Notes under the pieces: generated by a model
Told to the model about the DNA's origin: nothing
Seen by the model: only the letters and a program-made list of their open reading frames with translations
The model's database searches: none
Assembly: GCA_964016885.1 (NCBI GenBank)
Contig: OZ024742.1
Location: 374,852,001 to 374,916,000 of the forward strand
Direction of reading: 5' to 3'
DNA length: 64,000 nucleotides
Source of the DNA: Eledone cirrhosa
Taxonomy: Eukaryota
Translations under genes and position numbers: made by a program
Part shown: one piece after another, positions 61,101 to 64,000 of the stretch
Layout of the letters: each line of letters starts with the position of its first letter
Position numbering within the stretch: position 1 is the first letter of the stretch

Positions 61101-64000
61101 CTACAGGGTGGTAGGGGCATTGACAGTGTATGGTGACGCTACAGGGTGGTAGGGGTGTTGACGATGTCTGGTGAACTTACAGGGTGGTAGGGGTGTTGAC
61201 AGTGTATGGTGACCCTATAGGGTGGTAGGGGTATTGACAGCGTCTGGTGACCCTAAAGGGTGATAGGGGTATTGACAGAGTCTGGTGACCCTATAGTGTG
61301 GTAGGGGTATTGACAGTGTCTGGTGATCTTACAGGGTGGTAGGGGCATTGACAGTGTATGGTGACCCTACAGGATGGTAGGGGTATTGATAGTGTCTGGT
61401 GACCTTACAGAATGGTAGGGGCATTGACAGTGTCTGGTGACCTTAAAGGGTGGCAGGGTTATTGACAGTGTATGGTGACCTTACAGGGTGGTAGGGTTAT
61501 TGACAGTGTATGGTGACCTTACAGGATGGTAGGGGTATTGATAGTGTCTGGTGACCTTACAGGATGGTAGGGGTATTGACAGTGTATGGTGACCCTACAG
61601 GGTGGTAGGGGTATTGACAGTGTCTGGTGACCTTACAGGGTGGTAGGGGCATTGACAGTGTCTGGTAACCTTACATGGTGGTAGGGTTATTGACAGTGTA
61701 TGGTGACCTTACAGGGTGGTAGGGGTATTGACAGTGTATCGTGACCTTACAGGGTGGTAGTGGTATTGACAGTGTATGGTGACCTTACAGGGTGGTAGGG
61801 GTATTGACAGTGTCTGGTGACCCTACATGGGCGGTAGGGGCCTTGACAGTGTATGGTGACCTTACAGGGTGGTAGTTGTATTGACAGTGTATGGTGACCC
61901 TACAGGGTGCTAGGGGCATTGACAGTGTATGGTGACACTATAGGGTGGTAGGGGCATTGACAATGTATGGGGACCTTACAGGGTGGTAGGAGTATTGACA
62001 GTGTCGGTGACCTTACAGGGTGGTAGGGTTATTGACAGTGTATGGTGACCTTACAGGGTGGTAGGGGTATTGAAAGTGTATGGTGACCTTACAAGGTGGT
62101 AGGGGTATTGACAGTGTATGGTGACCTTACAGGGTGGTAGGGGCATTGACAGTGTATGGTGACCTTACAGGGTGGTAGGGGTATTGAAAGTGTATGGTGA
62201 CCTTACAGGGTGCTAGGGGTATTGACAGTGTATGGTGACCTTACAGGGTGCTAGGGGTATTGACAGTGTCTGGTGACCTTACAGGGTGGTAGGGGTATTG
62301 ACAGAGTCTGGTGACCTTACAGGGTGGTAGGGGTATTGACAGTGTATGGTGACCTTACAGGGTGGTAGTGGTATTGACAGTGTATGGTGACCTTACAGGG
62401 TGGTAGGGGTATTGACAGTGTATGGTGACCTTACAGGGTGGTAGGGGCATTGACAGTGTCTGGTGACCTTACAGTGTGGTAGGGGCATTGACAGTGTCTG
62501 GTGACCTTACAGGGTGGCAGGGGTATTGACAGTGTCTGGTGACCTTACAGGGTGGTAGGGGCATTGACAGTGTATGGTGCCCTTACAGGGTGGTAGGGGC
62601 ATTGACAGTGTATGGTGACATTACTGGGTGGTATGGGTATTGACAGTGTATGGTGACCTTACAGGGTGGTAGGGGAATTGACAGTGTATGGTGACCTTAC
62701 AGGGTGGTAGAGGTATTGACAGTGTATGGTGACCTTACAGGGTGGTAGGGGAATTGACAGTGTATGGTGACCCTACAGGGTGGTAGGGGTATTGACAGTG
62801 TATGGTGACCTTACAGGGTGGTAGGGGAATTGACAGTGTATGGTGACCCTACAGGGTGGTAGGGGTATTGACAGTGTATGGTGACCTTACAGGGTGGTAG
62901 GGGTATTGACAGTGTATGGTGACCTTACAGGGTGGTAGGGGAATTGACAGTGTATGGTGACCCTACAGGGTGGTAGGGGTATTGACAATGTATGGTGACC
63001 CTACAGGGTGGTAGGGGCATTGACAGTGTATGGTGGCCCTACAGGGTGGTAGGGGTATTGACAGTGTCTGGTGACCCTATAGGGTGGTAGGGGCATTGAC
63101 AGTGTCTGGTGACCTTACAGGGTGGTAGGGGTATTGACAGTGTCTGGTGACCCTACAGGGTGGTAGGGACATTGACAGTGTATGGTGACCTTACAGTGTG
63201 GTAGGGTTATTGACTGGGTCTGGTGACCTTACAGGGTGGTAGGGGTATTGACAGTGTCTGGTGACCTTACAGGGTGGTAGGGGAATTGACAGTGTCTAGT
63301 GACGCTACAGGGCGGTAGGGGCATTGACAGTGTATTGTGACCTTGCAGGGTGGTAGGGATATTGACAGTGTATGGTGACCCTACAGGGTGGTAGGGGCAT
63401 TGACAGTGTAAGGTGACCCTACAGGGTGGTAGGGGAATTGACAGTGTATGGTGACCCTAAAGGGTGGTAGGGGTATTGACAGAGTCTGGTGACCCTATAG
63501 TGTGGTAGGGGTATTGACAGTGTCTGGTGATCTTACAGGGTGGTAGGGGCATTGACAGTGTATGGTGACCCTACAGGATGGTAGGGGTATTGATAGTGTC
63601 TGGTGACCTTACAGAATGGTAGGGGCATTGACAGTGTCTGGTGACCTTACAGGGTGGCAGGGTTATTGACAGTGTATGGTGACCTTACAGGGTGGTAGGG
63701 GTATTGACAGTGTCTGGTGACCTTACAGGGTGGTAGGGGTGTTGACAGTGTCTGGTGACATTACAGGGTGGTAGGGGCATTGAGAGTGTCTGGTAACCTT
63801 ACAGGGTGGTAGTGGCATTGAGAGTGTCTGGTGACCTTACAGGGTGGTAGGGGTATTGACAGAGTATGGTGACCTTACAGGGTGCTAGGGGTGTTGACAG
63901 TGTCTGGTGACCTTACAGGGTGGTAGGGATATTGACAGTGTCTGGTGACCCTACAGGGTAGTAGGGGTATTGACAGTGTCTGGTGACCTTGCAGGGTGGT
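7194..64000 (+). repeat. 38-bp G-rich satellite array, ~1,495 head-to-tail monomers, running off the window end
   Basis: The unit TAGGGG(C/T)ATTGACAGTGT(C/A)TGGTGACC(C/T)TACAGGGTGG starts at 7194 and 7232 (period 38) and persists in the same orientation to 64000. I saw only rare 37-, 39- and 21-bp variants and no foreign insertion. Confidence 0.99.

Noticed and set aside
7194-64000. TTGACA in every monomer as bacterial sigma70 -35 elements; array as CRISPR, iterons or telomere
   Set aside because: The context is eukaryotic and there is no -10 box at 16-18 bp in the consensus. There are no spacers and no rep or cas genes. TAGGG occurs once per 38 bp, not as (TTAGGG)n.
7194-64000. Satellite monomer as a tandem CTCF-site array or nucleosome-length (5 x 38 = 190 bp) HOR
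   Set aside because: GGTAGGGGCA is one base short of the CTCF core and lacks the 5' CC. I saw no 4- or 5-monomer periodicity in the variants.

Overview
Non-coding eukaryotic (animal) genomic DNA. I can support no intact protein-coding gene, RNA gene or CRISPR array. The first 7.2 kb is an AT-rich, repeat-dense flank. It holds a 21-bp-stem hairpin, a GTGTACAC minisatellite, a long (TA)n/(CA)n microsatellite and two TTAA-bounded MITE-like elements. It also holds a 5'-truncated, decayed CR1-clade LINE whose 61-bp segment near the end of ORF2 has been amplified into exactly 24 tandem copies, (GAT)n-tailed SINE-like elements, an RTE-clade LINE 3' fragment, and a second tiny inverted CR1 3' end. 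From 7194 to the window end (~56.8 kb, ~1,495 monomers) there is one uninterrupted, single-orientation 38-bp G-rich satellite, consensus TAGGGG(C/T)ATTGACAGTGT(C/A)TGGTGACC(C/T)TACAGGGTGG. It has three dimorphic positions, recurring cassettes of rare variant monomers, and nested kb-scale duplications (measured offsets 1368, 1406, 1900, 2129, 2660, 2774, 3153, 3192, 4257, 4750, 6004 bp) rather than one fixed higher-order repeat. From memory, the repeat repertoire resembles octopus/coleoid cephalopod DNA; this is an inference and was not checked by a search. The listed ORFs are repeat read-throughs, LINE remnants or short unsupported frames.
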